From Hormiphora californensis (taxonomy: Eukaryota > Animalia > Ctenophora): DNA of 64,000 nucleotides. The number at the start of each line of letters is the position of its first letter. Position 1 is the first letter of the stretch. A program made the position numbers and the translations under genes. The notes under the pieces are model-generated. The model saw nothing but the letters and a program-made list of their open reading frames with translations, made no database searches and was not told the origin of the DNA. The stretch is taken from positions 8,894,455 through 8,958,454 of the forward strand of contig CM035353.1 of NCBI GenBank assembly GCA_020137815.1, in the 5' to 3' direction. Of this stretch, positions 12,791 to 26,164 are shown in pieces.

Positions 12791-13999
12791 TCATACTATT
12801 ATTAAAGCAAATAGGGAAATGATGTGTCCCGTTTTTTAACCAAACTAGAGAGCCCAGGAAAAAGAACAAAAAACTCTCACACTCTATTGAGTCCTCTCAA
12901 TCCCGATCTCTGGCTCATGCCTACTTTGCTCCCTACGGCGCCGCTTCGCGGCACCTCCGGTCGCGAGATCATACTCCACCCCCTGTTGACTACCCTCAGT
13001 CCTCACCCCTCTTAATTCTTATCCCTATTGATTCTCCTCGGCCCCTATTGAATCATATCTTCCCCTATTCACTCCATCTCACCCTCAATTCAATCCCCTA
13101 ATGCCATAATGAATACTCCCCTCACCCCTCTATCAAAATGTGATCTGAAGCAGTTCAGAACCCCACATTTTCCTTCATTTTTCACCATTTTCGCCATAAC
13201 TCTGTCATTTCTCAACCAATTTCAAAATACCAAGGCTCATTAGAAAGATAATCTCAAGCTCTTTCAAATTAGCTATTATCCCCCAAATTTATAAAACCTT
13301 TACACACGCACGTGCACTCCCCAAGCCCCACCAACCACCCCTAACAACATGCCAACTTTCCACGTGCAAACTCTAAAAACCCCCCCAAAAACCAATTGTC
13401 TTGCAACCATCTCTGCTTTATAATATAGATATGGCAAATAGTGTTCCTATTTCCTGGAAATTTCTGGAAATGGCCTTTTGCACGTGTTGTCCCTAGAGGG
13501 ACCCTGGCAACCTGCCAGCTTGAGCCTTAAACTGCACGTGCATCCTTGATTCATCTCTCTGCCGGTTGTGTGATTGATCGTTTGCTCGATTTGATCTGTT
13601 CACCACGTTTCGTGAACATGACTACTCAACTTCAACACAATCGCCAGCGAGTTTGGAGGAGCCATATGTCGCAAACTGGTGCTGACCCCTATAGACTACG
13701 TGATAGAACCCTACAAAAGAGGTGATAATTATTCAAAAAATGTTGTCAACACACGTAATCAATGGCACTAATAAGAAATGACAGTAATACGTGAAAGTAT
13801 TTTGCAAATGCAAATGTGCTCCTTCATAAAATACTTCAGGACTTGGCAAAAGAGGACCCGTGGTTTTTCTGTCGAAAGAATCCCTGTGGTCAATTTACTG
13901 ATTTAAACAATTTTAAATGAAACTACACTATTTGCTTAGTTTACTGTATGACCATTGACCATCCCCGACATTCGCCCGTAGGGCGAGCGGGCTTACTAG
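12791..13999 (+). mobile_element. Non-autonomous Helitron family B
   Basis: A|TCATACTA 5' end, shared with family A. 3' hairpin TTCGCCCGTAGGGCGAG followed by CTAG|T. No TSD relative to the empty site in the 58751-59216 copy. Confidence 0.8.
12845..13429 (-). mobile_element. Non-autonomous Helitron family C nested in family B
   Basis: On -: A|TCTATATTATAAAG...GGGCTCTCTAG|T. Close copy at 43246-43843. Confidence 0.75.
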
Positions 14000-14759
14000 T
14001 ATATATCAAACAGGATAGAAACAATCCTTGTGTTTTACTAACACATTCTTTAAATTTTTAATATGCTGGCTTGCATTGCCCTGCTTCTGTGCATGGAAAT
14101 GTCAACCTCACTGCTTATATTCAGAATGTGTTAGTAAAACACCACGATTGTTTCTATTCTGCTTTATACATACTGATTAAACAGGAGTTCTCCCAACATA
14201 ACAAAAATATCTCAGTGATGGGTTGGTCGATTTTGAGCGGCAAAAACGCAAAATGCTCAGAAAGCTAATCTCTACTACCTACAACAAATTTGTTCGATTC
14301 TGATTCGGTTCACTCTCACTTTAAGATGGTTTTTGGTATTTCGTGCCAGGCTAGAAATACAGGCGAAAAGGGCGTGGCCCGGAAACCCAACTTCCACACA
14401 TCGGAGCGTGCGTCATTATTTTTTGGTGATTCTGGGGACCTATCTGAGCACTTTGGCGGTGGAAAACAAAACTTACAAATTGGTTCCCAAATCATCCTAT
14501 TTTGGCATAATTGCCCTATTATATTAACGGATGAGTGGTTCTCAAATGAAGGGGCAAAAATTGGCCCAAATTTTACGCGAATTAATGAAGAAAACGCTAA
14601 TTTCAGGGAATCAAAGTAACCTCAGATAGTTTCCAAGTCATTGGGTGTAGACTGTAGAGCCATTGGGTATTATAGAGCTGGACCCGATGCCGCAAGTGAC
14701 TTTTTTATACCCCAGGACCCCCTCTGGGATTAATCCTCACAAATTTCTTTTTGATACAG

Positions 14760-14923
14760 GCAAAGTACACAAGTCACCTTCGTTGCGGCGTCAAATACAA
14801 CAACACGCCCAGAGGCCAAAGATTGCATCTGCTCATACGGTTGGCGGAAGTAATAAACCAAAGGGCTATAATCAAAACCGATATCATCGACCTGTCATCA
14901 TACCGGTCATTGACTTGTCTCAG
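14760..14923 (+). CDS. Exon of PHF21-like gene (GKVHKSP...VIDLSQ), phase 1-0
   Basis: gatacag acceptor, gtttgt donor, 164 bp. Bridges the phase-1 end of 12155 to the phase-0 start of 25318. Confidence 0.7.
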
Positions 14924-15531
14924 GTTTGTTCATGATATATGATCGTCCAGAAAAACTGGGGGGCATGCCGCAAAAATCTCAGCTACTCTATTTTTTCCCT
15001 GCCCGGGTGGATGCCCGATCGTTTTAGCACGTGTGCTAAAAAGATCATAAAGGGTTTAGAAATCTCGGATTTGAAATAGTAACTCGAGCGTGGTCAAAAT
15101 CGCGTGTGTCACGGTAGCAGCCTGACAACCGCGATGCTGACAATTTTGAAAAGTTCGTCCGCAAAGTTATTTCACTACGGATTGTGGTGGCGCGCGCTCA
15201 AAATTTGCCTGCGCGCGGCGCCCTCAATGCAGTGTATGTATATTGTATACACACCTCGCGTGTGTGTTACAGCATAGCGGTGCTATACTATTAGCGATCG
15301 AATGGATTTAACTTCTTTAAACTTAAAGGCGTTGAAAGCTCAGCTCGTTAGTATGGCGACTGAGCCCCGATCGAATTTTGGTCCTATCTATAGTATTAAA
15401 CTGGCAGCATCCTGATCTAAAATAAGCAGAATTTTCAGTATTTTAGTCCGCCAATGTGCTGAAAATTCCTCTCAATCATATCAGATACACATGCAGAGAG
15501 ATTCTTATTCTTGCAGTACTGCAGCAGTGTG

Positions 15532-15572
<41 letters not shown>

Positions 15573-15673
15573 GAGAGGGGAGGGAGATGGAGAATATGTG
15601 TTGGTTGGCGCCAGTTGTGCGTAGTGCACCGACAACAGTCTAGAGGGGGAAAGGGGGAGATTAGAGAGATTCA

Positions 15674-18600
15674 TCATAGCACTGGCAAGTGCCCCGGGCC
15701 CAAAAGGGGGGTGTGGGGGCGCAGCCCCCACCCTAAACGGGGGTGTGGGGGCAGAGCCCCCACCTTAGAAATACCCTCTAACTCAAAAAATAAAAGAGAG
15801 AGCACACGGAATCATAGCACTGGCAAGTGCCCCGGGCCCAAAAGGGGGGTGTGGGGGCGCAGCCCCCACCTTAAACGGGGGTGTGGGGGCAGAGCCCCCA
15901 CCTTAGAAATACCCTCTAACTCAAAAAATAAAAGAGAGAGCACACGGAACACTTCTACACACAAGCGCGTTAACCTGCCAGTGCTACTATATACCATTGC
16001 AAATTTCGGGGTTTTTGATGCTTTAAAAATGCATGTTCCAGATGAAGTAGAGGGATGAAATTTTGTACTCTAAGGGCCCTCATATAGGAGAAGAGGCATA
16101 CAAAATTTCAGAATGATCGGATGTAAGGTAAAAATTTGCCAGAGGGGTCCCAAAATGCAAAAATGTAAGGGAGGGGACGGGAGGGGAGGGGAGGAGATTG
16201 AGTGTTCTCCTAAACCAGAAATAGTAGAGACTTGCCGTTTGGAACATTGGTTCCTTGCATTATTTGGCGTGGTATAGGCTATGTGAAAACTTCGAAATCG
16301 CCATAGTTCATTAATTATTCATTAATTATTCATTAATTATTCATTTTAATAACTTAATTGCATTATATCTCCACTTCGGCTCGTCCTAAAACGTTTTCAT
16401 GGGTATATTCCGACTCAAAATAGTCGATTTATGGGGGGTCGTTCCCCGGACAAAAATTCGTATCTCGCACCGTTTAGCCGTTATTTGCATATTTATGCTC
16501 TAATTCATGATTTTATGCATAACCGTTGTAATGTTCACTTCGGCTGACCCTAGAACGTTTTCTTGGGTATATTCCGACTCAAAATAGTCGATTTATGGGG
16601 GGTCGTTCCCCGGACAAAAATTCGTATCTCGCACCGTTTAGCCGTTATTTGCATATTTATGCTCTAATTCATGATTTTATGCATAACCGTTGTAATGTTC
16701 ACTTCGGCTGACCCTAGAACGTTTTCTTGGGTATATTCCGACTCAAAATAGTCGATTTATGGGGGGTCGTCCCCCGGACAAAAATTCGTATCTCGCACCG
16801 TTTAGCCGTTATTTGCATATTTATGCTCAAATTTATGCATATTCTTTAAAATTTCCACTTCGGCTGACCCTAGAACGTTTTCTTGGGTATGTTCCGACTC
16901 AAAATAGTCGATTTGTGGGGGGTCGTCCCCCGGACAAAAATTCGTATCTCGCACCGTTTAGCCGTTATTTGCATATTTATGCTCAAATTCATGATTTTAT
17001 GCATACCCTTTAAAATTTCCACTTCGGCTGACCCTAAAACGTTTTCTTGGGTATATTCCGACTCAAAATAGTCTATTTATTACACCAAAAAGAACAGAAA
17101 TTTGCATATTTATGCTCAAATTCATGATTTTATGCATACCCTTTAAAATTTCCACTTCGGCTGACCCTAAAACGTTTTCTTGGGTATATTCCGACTCAAA
17201 ATAGTCGATTTATTACACCAAAAAGAACAGAAATTTAGTCCAAAAACCAATTAAATAAATTAGTTTGGATGCCCGGGCCCATTTGGTGTCACGGGGGTAA
17301 AACCTTTAGGCTACTGTCATAAATGATGAATATCGAGAGAGATAAAGAAAAACAAATTGTGATATAAAGAGTGAGATATATCGAGAAAGACGGAGAGATA
17401 GTAAGAGAAATATAAATAAAAGAGAGAAAAAAAAGAGAAAGAGGGAAATATGGAGGTGGAGAGTGGGAGAAAGAGGAAAAGAGGGAGAAAGAGATAGAGG
17501 GATGGAGAGAAAGAGAAAAGAAAAACGAGAGATGTGTATTGAAAAATAAACGAGATATGCCATTATTTATGACAGTAGCCTAAAGGTTTTACCCCCGTGA
17601 CACCAAATGGGCCCGGGCATCCAAACTAATTTATTTAATTGGTTTTTGGACTAAATACTTCTACACACAAGCGCGTTAACCTGCCAGTGCTACTATATAC
17701 CATTGCAAATTTCGGGGTTTTTGATGCTTTAAAAATGCATGTTCCAGATGAAGTAGAGGGATGAAATTTTGTACTCTGAGGGCCCTCATATAGGAGAAGA
17801 GGCATACAAAATTTCAGAATGATCGGATGTAAGGTAAAAATTTGCCAGAGGGGTCCCAAAATGCAAAAATGTAAGGGAGGGGACGGGAGGGGAGGGGAGG
17901 AGATTGAGTGTTCTCCTAAACCAGAAATAGTAGAGACTTGCCGTTTGGAACATTGGTTCCTTGCATTATTTGGCGTGGTATAGGCTATGTGAAAACTTCG
18001 AAATCGCCATAGTTCATTAATTATTCATTAATTATTCATTAATTATTCATTTTAATAACTTAATTGCGTTATATCTCCACTTTGGCTCGTCCTAAAACGT
18101 TTTCATGGGTATATTCCGACTCAAAATAGTCAATTTATGGGGGGTCGTCCCCCGGACAAAAATTCGTATCTCGCACCGTTTAGCCGTTATTTGCATATTT
18201 ATGCTCAAATTCATGATTTTATGCATACCCGTTAAAATGTCCACTTCGGCTGACCCTAGAACGTTTTCTTGGGTATATTCCGACTCAAAATAGTCGATTT
18301 ATGGGGGGTCGTCCCCCCGACAAAAATTCGTATCTCCCACCGTTTAGCCGTTATTTGCATATTTATGCTCAAATTTATGCATATTCTTTAAAATTTCCAC
18401 TTCGGCTGACCCTAGAACGTTTTCTTGAGTATATTCAGACTCAAAATAGTCGATTTGTGGGGGGTCGTCCCCCGAACAAAAATTCTTATCTCGCACCGTT
18501 TAGTCGTTATTTGCATATTTATGCTCAAATTCATGATTTTATGCATACCCTTTAAAATTTCCACTTCGGCTGACCCTAAAACGTTTTCTTGGGTATTATA

Positions 18601-19180
18601 TTCCGACTCAAAATAGTCGATTTATGGGGGTCTTCCCCCAGACAAAAGTTCGTAACTCCCACCGTTTAGCCGTTATATGCATATTTATGTAGCATTCAGA
18701 TCCCAAAATAAAATCAGGAAAAAAGTTGTCTCTTTTTTACACCAAAAAGAACAGAAATTTAGTCCAAAAACCAATTAAATAAATTAGTTTGGATGCCCGG
18801 GCCCATTTGGTGTCACGGGGGTAAAACCTTTAGGCTACTGTCATAAATGATGAATATCGAGAGAGATAAAGAAAAACAAATTGTGATATAAAGAGTGAGA
18901 TATATCGAGAAAGACGGAGAAATAGTAAGAGAAATATAAATAAAAGAGAGAAAAAAAAAGAGAAAGAGGGAAATATGGAGGTGGAGAGTGGGAGAAAGAG
19001 GAAAAGAGGGGGAAAGAGATAGAGGGAGGGAGAGAAAGAGAAAAGAAAAACGAGAGATGTGTATTGAAAAATATACGAGATATGCCATTATTTATGACAG
19101 TAGCCTAAAGGTTTTACCCCCGTGACACCAAATGGGCCCGGGCATCCAAACTAATTTATTTAATTGGTTTTTGGACTAAA
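15674..19180 (+). repeat. Two tandem copies of an unclassified composite repeat (head, ~150-bp tandem units, terminal ~420-bp foldback module)
   Basis: Starts A|TCATAGCACTGGCAAG with a duplicated 138-bp head. Tandem CTTCGGCTGACCCTA units. ~90-bp inverted repeats TTTAGTCCAAAAACC... The second copy starts about 17657. Confidence 0.75.
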
Positions 19181-20717
19181 TACATTACCATTGCAATTGA
19201 ATTGGCTCTCTCTCTCTCTCTCTTTTTCAGCGCGACCAGTTCAACCAATCTGCTGAAAATCGTGCTGAAAACTGTTGTCGGTGCATTACACAAAACTGAA
19301 ACATTCCCCAGCATATTCTGTCTCTCTGTCACACACAACCAGCACATAATATCCCCAGATATCTCTCTCTCTCACTCTTCAGTCTTTCACATTCACTGCA
19401 CCACCTATATTTTCAGCAGAATTTTCAGCACATAATATGTAGATGAAATTTTTTAATTGTAAAAATCAGCATTCTCGTTAAAAAAAATCAGCATCCTGGG
19501 AGACATTTCTTTCCAATTGGTTGGCAAATTTTGAATTTTCGAACGGGGCGACTGAGGGAACGTGAGAAGTTTCCCATGTATAGCTTAGTGTCACATAACA
19601 TTGTAATTAGGCGTTGGCGAACGACGATCAGATCACATTGCATGGTATCGTCTGGAGTATTCGTTGGCAGGGAAACACAGCATTATGAAACATAATGCAA
19701 TAATAATTCTTGTTGTCCGATGAGATTTTTAAGATTTTGGGAAGATTTTCTCAATTACGTTTTTGTGGTAAATTGGCACAATTTGGCTGCTAACACTCTT
19801 TCGTCATATTTTTTAGCTTAAAAGCGAATCATAATATTAATTTCGTAACTAAATTAGGTAAATCTCATGTTTTAGCTTCATATTAACTTTTGTATTAATA
19901 GAACACAGGGAAAATTTCTATTCAGAATTTCGATTGTTGGTTAAAAACACAAGGATAAACCCGGGTTTATTGATTATGTATATTATCGAATTCTGAGCAA
20001 GAATTAAATAGGGAAGAAAATAAAAAATACTGGGTTTGACCTTGAATTGATCCAGGGACCTCCATAGAGACATGCTCGGAGCTATACCACTAAGCTATCA
20101 AAAAATGAATTTTGAGCTACAGAGGTCTGAAAGTTTGGTCAAGTTATTTCTTTGTCTCATAGAGTTTCTGTACCAAATTTTAGCGCTCCGCGATACCTGA
20201 AACTATGGTATAGTTTTGGTTATGGAGTCACCCCTTTTATTGCATACAGGGGTTACAATAACGCCCACCCTAAAATGGCCATTTTCAACATATTCTCATG
20301 ACAAAAAATCAAAAACATTTCTAAAACCTCGCATTTTGTGGATTGTTTTTGATTAGACTATAGCTTAGTTATCACTGAATCCACCTCTAATACCTTAGGA
20401 ATGGCATTTTGCACATTCCTGAAACTTTTTGTAGCCAAATTCCGCCATATTCAAAGTTTTCCAAACACAAAAGCAGTGTTAATTGCCAGAAAATCGAAAA
20501 ATTCCGGTATGTAATGGTAGCTCAGACAATTTCCTCGGTATGTTCAAAAAAATTAGAACTTTCTGTTTTGTGGTTTGGACGCTGGAATTTTTTTTCCTGT
20601 TGCAAGGGCGTTATTATTACCCCTCCATGAGCAATAATAACAGAGGGGTAATTTCATTACCAAGGTATAGTTGGGGATATTTTTATTGCCTACTACCTAA
20701 ACTTAAAGGAAGAGTGT

Positions 20718-21075
20718 ACAGGGTCAACTTGGGTTGTGTCGAGTCTCCTTGGTGTGGGAACCCCTGGTTGTGGTTTAGATTTAGGACTGCCCGACTGGGA
20801 ATTGACCCACCCAAATCCACTATTCCGGACGCATGTACTGCGTCTCGCTCAAACTTGACTAAATAATTATAGTGCTTACAACGCGACCCTCTGTATGTGC
20901 ATATGTACTGTAATTCGTCAGTCAAGTTTGAGCGAGAAGCAGTACGTGTGCCCGGAATAGTGGATTTGGGCAGGTCACGTTCCGCCCAAACTAGTCGAGA
21001 CTCGGGCAGTCCAAAATCTAAACCACACCCAGGGTCCACACACCAAGGAGACTCAACACAACCCAAGTTGACCCT
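20718..21075. repeat. Inverted repeat pair (foldback element)
   Basis: AGGGTCAACTTGGGTTGTGT...AAACTTGAC (20721-20859) is reverse-complemented at 20920-21075. Confidence 0.6.
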
Positions 21076-21242
21076 ATCTATCTATCTACGGAGTGCCTGG
21101 GCTTGCCAATGGCAAGCCCTCAGGGGTCTATCGCATAGCGATATCGCCGGCACTATAGGAGAATAGCCCCCCTCCCCCACTATGGGGTCAATTCCGGTCA
21201 GCTCGCGAGATGCCGTGTTTATGGCCCCAGAACGCGCAACAG

Positions 21243-22263
21243 GGGGTCTTTTCTGAACAGGTTTATGAAGATTCTTAGGAACTTTTTGGCCGTTTTAGGA
21301 AGAAAGTTAGAGAGTTAAGAAGATTGTTGTTTCCGAACATGGCACTTAGGAAGATTTTTTTAGCGTTAGGAATTTTCCTAAATTATCTTCCTAAGTCCCC
21401 TATAATTGAATTAAAACTGCATGAGTCCTTGAAATTTTCTTCTTAGTGGCCTAAGAATGTTCTTAGCTCTCTTTTTTTCTTCCTAAGTAGCAAGAAAAGT
21501 TAGGACAGCTCCGGACCTTACTTAAGCCGACTTAGGAAGATTCTTACTCTGTTAGACATATATTTTGGGCCATTTTTAGAGCTAATATCATAAAAATGAT
21601 GAATTCGCTCAAGCATACATGAACATACAACCATTTTATGTTGACGCGATATCCAATAGAGCTATATTTAAATCGGTTGGTAGTCGGTATTTTTTGTAAT
21701 AATTTAAAAAATTGAAAATTATGGGTCTTGCTGTGACTCTAAAGCATCATAGGACGATAAATATATGCAAATGAAAAGGAAGAAATCATAAAATTAACAT
21801 GTTGTACCTCTAATTATAACACCTCTATCATCCAAAAAATGCAATAAATGCAAAATTCCATCTCCTTTAGATTTTTTTCAACTGTTGGAAATGGGTGGGA
21901 ACGAGTTGACACCGGAACCATATCCAATTGCATAATACATATGATTAGGCCATGGCCCACGCCCTACATAGATCCAAAATATTGTGTGTACCAGCTAATT
22001 CACACCTCAATTTAAACCCCATGTTTGCTCGATTGCTATTGGTTATCGCCATTCGAATCTTAGTACCCCATTGGTTGTGTACTGTCACATGACACCAATT
22101 TGGAGCGTGAGTTTTCTTCCTAAGTATAGGTTCAGAAACAACAAAATCGCTAAGAAGATTGTATATTTCTCCCATCTGTATGTTCGGAAACGTTCTTAGC
22201 AAAACCTTCTTATAAAGAAGAAAGTTAAGAATCTTCCTAAGAAGAAAGTTCAGAAAAGACCCC
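21243..22263. mobile_element. Harbinger-like MITE saturated with TTAGGAAG/CTTCCTAA
   Basis: TIR GGGGTCTTTTCTGAAC. Flanking CAG on both sides is a possible 3-bp CWG TSD. Confidence 0.6.
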
Positions 22264-22708
22264 CAGGGGGTCTTTTCTGAACTTTCTTCTTAGGAAGATT
22301 CTTAACTGAGCTTCAAATCTCAACCCTGAACTTGCATGTTTTACACATAAAATTGGTGCTCGAAAGCGATTTTTTGGTTCGCATTATAGGTGGTTCGCAT
22401 TATAGGTGTCGGCGGGTTCGGGAGAGTAAACTCCTTCGAAAGTCATAGGATATTGATTCTTCTTTCCTTGACTCTATCCTCCTGCAACAGGCGGGGATGA
22501 AGCCTTCTAATCTTGATCTTAATTCTTGAGTTTATTTGCTTTCTCGATTAGCTTGATGGCTACCTCGGTGTGGTTTGTTATCTTGATCCTGAGCACTCAC
22601 CCTTTAGTTGTATACGTTACTGTAACAATCTCTCTTCGCGTGCTCTCCTTTCTGAACTTCCCCCTTGCAAGGTGACAAAAGAGAGCACTCGATGAGAGAT
22701 TGCTATTA

Positions 22709-24254
22709 TCATAGCACTGGCAAGTGCCCCGGGCCCAAAAGGGGGGTGTGGGGGCGCAGCCCCCACCTTAAACGGGGGTGTGGGGGCAGAGCCCCCACCT
22801 TAGAAATACCCTCTAACTCAAAAAATAAAAGAGAGAGCACACGCAACACTTCTACACACAAGCGCGTTAACCTGCCAGTGCTACTATATACCATTGCAAA
22901 TTTCGGGGTTTTTGATGCTTTAAAAATGCATGTTCCAGATGAATTAGAGGGATGAAATTTTGTACTCTAAGGGCCCTCATATAGGAGAAGAGGCATACAA
23001 AATTTCAGAATGATCGGATGTAAGGTAAAAATTTGCCAGAGGGGTCCCAAAATGCAAAAATGTAAGGGAGGGGACGGGAGGGGAGGGGAGGAGATTGAGT
23101 GTTCTCCTAAACCAGAAATAGTAGAGACTTGCCGTTTGGAACATTGGTTCCTTGCATTATTTGGCGTGGTATAGGCTATGTGAAAACTTCGAAATCGCCA
23201 TAGTTCATTAATTATTCATTAATTATTCATTAATTATTCATTTTAATAACTTAATTGCGTTATATCTCCACTTCGGCTCGTCCTAAAACGTTTTCATGGG
23301 TATATTCCGACTCAAAATAGTCGATTTATGGGGGGTCGTCCCCCGGACAAAAATTCGTATCTCGCACCGTTTAGCCATTATTTGCATATTTATGCTCAAA
23401 TTCATGATTTTATGCATAACCGTTAAAATGTCCACTTCGGCTGACCCTAGAACGTTTTCTTGGGTATATTCCGACTCAAAATAGTCGATTTATGGGGGGT
23501 CGTCCCCCGGACAAAAATTCGTATCTCGCACCGTTTAGCCGTTATTTGCATATTTATGCTCAAATTTATGCATATTCTTTAAAATTTCCACTTCGGCTGA
23601 CCCTAGAACGTTTTCTTGGGTATATTCCGACTCAAAATAGTCGATTTGTGGGGGGTCGTCCCCCGGACAAAAATTCGTATCTCGCACCGTTTAGCCGTTA
23701 TTTGCATATTTATGCTCAAATTCATGATTTTATGCATACCCTTTAAAATTTCCACTTCGGCTGACCCTAAAACGTTTTCTTGGGTATATTCCGACTCAAA
23801 ATAGTCGATTTATTACACCAAAAAGAACAGAAATTTAGTCCAAAAACCAATTAAATAAATTAGTTTGGATGCCCGGGCCCATTTGGTGTCACGGGGGTAA
23901 AACCTTTAGGCTACTGTCATAAATGATGAATATCGAGAGAGATAAAGAAAAACAAATTGTGATATAAAGAGTGAGATATATCGAGAAAGACGGAGAGATA
24001 GTAAGAGAAATATAAATAAAAGAGAGAAAAAAAGAGAAAGAGGGAAATATGGAGGTGGAGAGTGGGAGAAAGAGGAAAAGAGGGAGAAAGAGATAGAGGG
24101 ATGGAGAGAAAGAGAAAAGAAAAACGAGAGATGTGTATTGAAAAATAAACGAGATATGCCATTATTTATGACAGTAGCCTAAAGGTTTTACCCCCGTGAC
24201 ACCAAATGGGCCCGGGCATCCAAACTAATTTATTTAATTGGTTTTTGGACTAAA
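22709..24254 (+). repeat. Third copy of the composite repeat
   Basis: Near-identical to 15812-17655, with fewer tandem units. Confidence 0.8.
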
Positions 24255-24368
24255 TAACGTATACAATAAAGTTTAGGTAGTAGTAGTTATAGCAGTTAGC
24301 GCACGTACGTATACATGTGCTCCACCGGCATTAATGATTACTGGAGAACGGCTTGAAATATCTCTTAA

Positions 24369-24831
24369 AGGGACTAAAAACCCAAATTTTATTTAATTAT
24401 TTTGAACACTACATCGTAACAAGCATGCTATTGGAGTCCCAAAAAACATAGGTACACGCCCCACCCGCCCAATGTGAGCCCAGGGGGAGCCCCCTAAGTT
24501 GGGGCCCAGTTGGGGTCCCCTTGTAAACGCGGTTGTACTCCTTGAAATGCTAACAATATAATCCTCTCTGAAATTTGAAGTTTTGGGTAAAATTTAGCAT
24601 TGTGTTTCAGGTGAGTACATAATCTTTCTTGCCTCTGTATTCTGGTAATTTTTCTCCTAGTTTTGATAGGCTTAAATAATGGCTTAAAAAATGGGCCCCA
24701 ACTTGAGTGGCTCCCCCTGGGCTCACCTGGGGCCCGTGTGGCGTGTACCTATGTTTTTTGGGACTCCAATAGCATGCTTGTTACAATGGAGTGTTCAAAA
24801 TAAATAAATAAAATTTGGGTTTTTAGGCCCT
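24369..24831. mobile_element. TTAA-flanked foldback MITE (Kolobok-like)
   Basis: TTAA|AGGGACTAAAAACCCAAATTT...AAATTTGGGTTTTTAGGCCCT|TTAA, TIRs about 140 bp. Confidence 0.75.
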
Positions 24832-25317
24832 TTAAAGTCTCCGGATGATTGATCAGGACACCTTTGTACCAAGTTTCATCAAAATTTGCCGAAAAAATTT
24901 AGTCAGGTTTTTGTTATGATCCACAACATTTCAAATGCCGATAACACCATAATGAAAACAGTTTGTGAAAAAGTAACACCTGTTTAAAGTGAAAGCGAAA
25001 CAACAGCGAACTGGCTACGTGTCTGGCATTCGTTGTGCATAACGATCTCACCTGTGAGATTCACATGCGCAACGTTGTCCGACGTGCAGCCAGTTCGTTC
25101 TTGTTTCGCTTTCACTTTAGAGGTCGTGTCGAGGCTCCAAACAAAAGTAGCAAAACTGGAACAATTAGGGGTCGATATATAGATTATATATCGACTTGGC
25201 ACAGCTATACTACCCTATCCAAAACTTTCCTACCTTCGAGTTACATCATATAATACATATAATCTAAACCTCAGAAAATTAATACATTTTTGACCCTCTG
25301 ACCCCCTCCCCCTCCAG

Positions 25318-25448
25318 ATCGTTCCTGAGGTTAATCACAGCAAAGATAAACTACGATTTCTAGCTGTTATTGGTCTCGTTACTCGACATGAGCACCAACG
25401 AATTCTCATGGCCCAAAGTAGTAGGAAACGCCGACTAGAACAGGCAAG
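25318..25448 (+). CDS. PHF21A: Exon of PHF21-like gene (IVPEVNHSKDKLRFLAVIGLVTRHEHQRILMAQSSRKRRLEQA), phase 0-2
   Basis: cctccag acceptor, gtatat donor. KLxFLxxIGLVT...RKRR resembles the conserved pre-PHD block of PHF21A/B (recognised from memory, not searched). Confidence 0.7.
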
Positions 25449-26164
25449 GTATATCTTTACTCAATGACACAATATATGTCCGTCAAAAGTCTCGTGCAAA
25501 ATCTATCTGAATAACTAGTGGTCCTGGTTTTTGAAAGTTTCTTCTGATATCTTCTTGCACTAGATCCAAGAGCGTGCCAAATTCAAGAGCACACCACATC
25601 CTGAGACCACATCCAAGAGCGTTTGAAGCAGAAATTCGCTCCTCATAAAAGGCTGTAATAAAAGGCGGGCACATTGGATCACGTATTCAACTAGACTAAA
25701 GCAGGGAGAGAGCGAATTGTCCTCCCCTAACAGGGCTCTAGGATTGTAACTCACCTGGATTGTAACTCGAAAGTGAGCTATTGTCCGAAAATTGACGTTG
25801 AGTTCTTTTTTCTGGTGACTTTTTGTCCGCATTATTTTCGATTTTTTGCTATTTGGACAAAAAGTCGTTAGCTAGGACAAAATGTCGAATTTCAAACTCA
25901 CCTGGGGTTATCATAAAACCCAACCCTAATACAGCCCTAACATCGAACCAAAACGACAACCCTAACACTACTAAGACGGAATATAAACCAGTGAACTCTC
26001 GTATCCGGCCTATCGGCCGAATTCTAGAGTTCATGAGAGGTGAGTTAATCATCACTTAATACACCGAGTGAATTAAGTAGCCCGCAGGGCGAACAGAATT
26101 CGTCATTCTAAAAACTCGATCGAAGGGAGGGTTTTTAGAGTACCTCTGTCACGACCGTTAGGGA

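Larger units (their letters stand above)
12643..14320. mobile_element. TTAA-flanked Kolobok-like MITE, interrupted by nested Helitrons
   Basis: TTAA|AGTGAGAGTG...CACTCTCACT|TTAA. An uninterrupted relative lies at 58751-59216. Confidence 0.75.
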
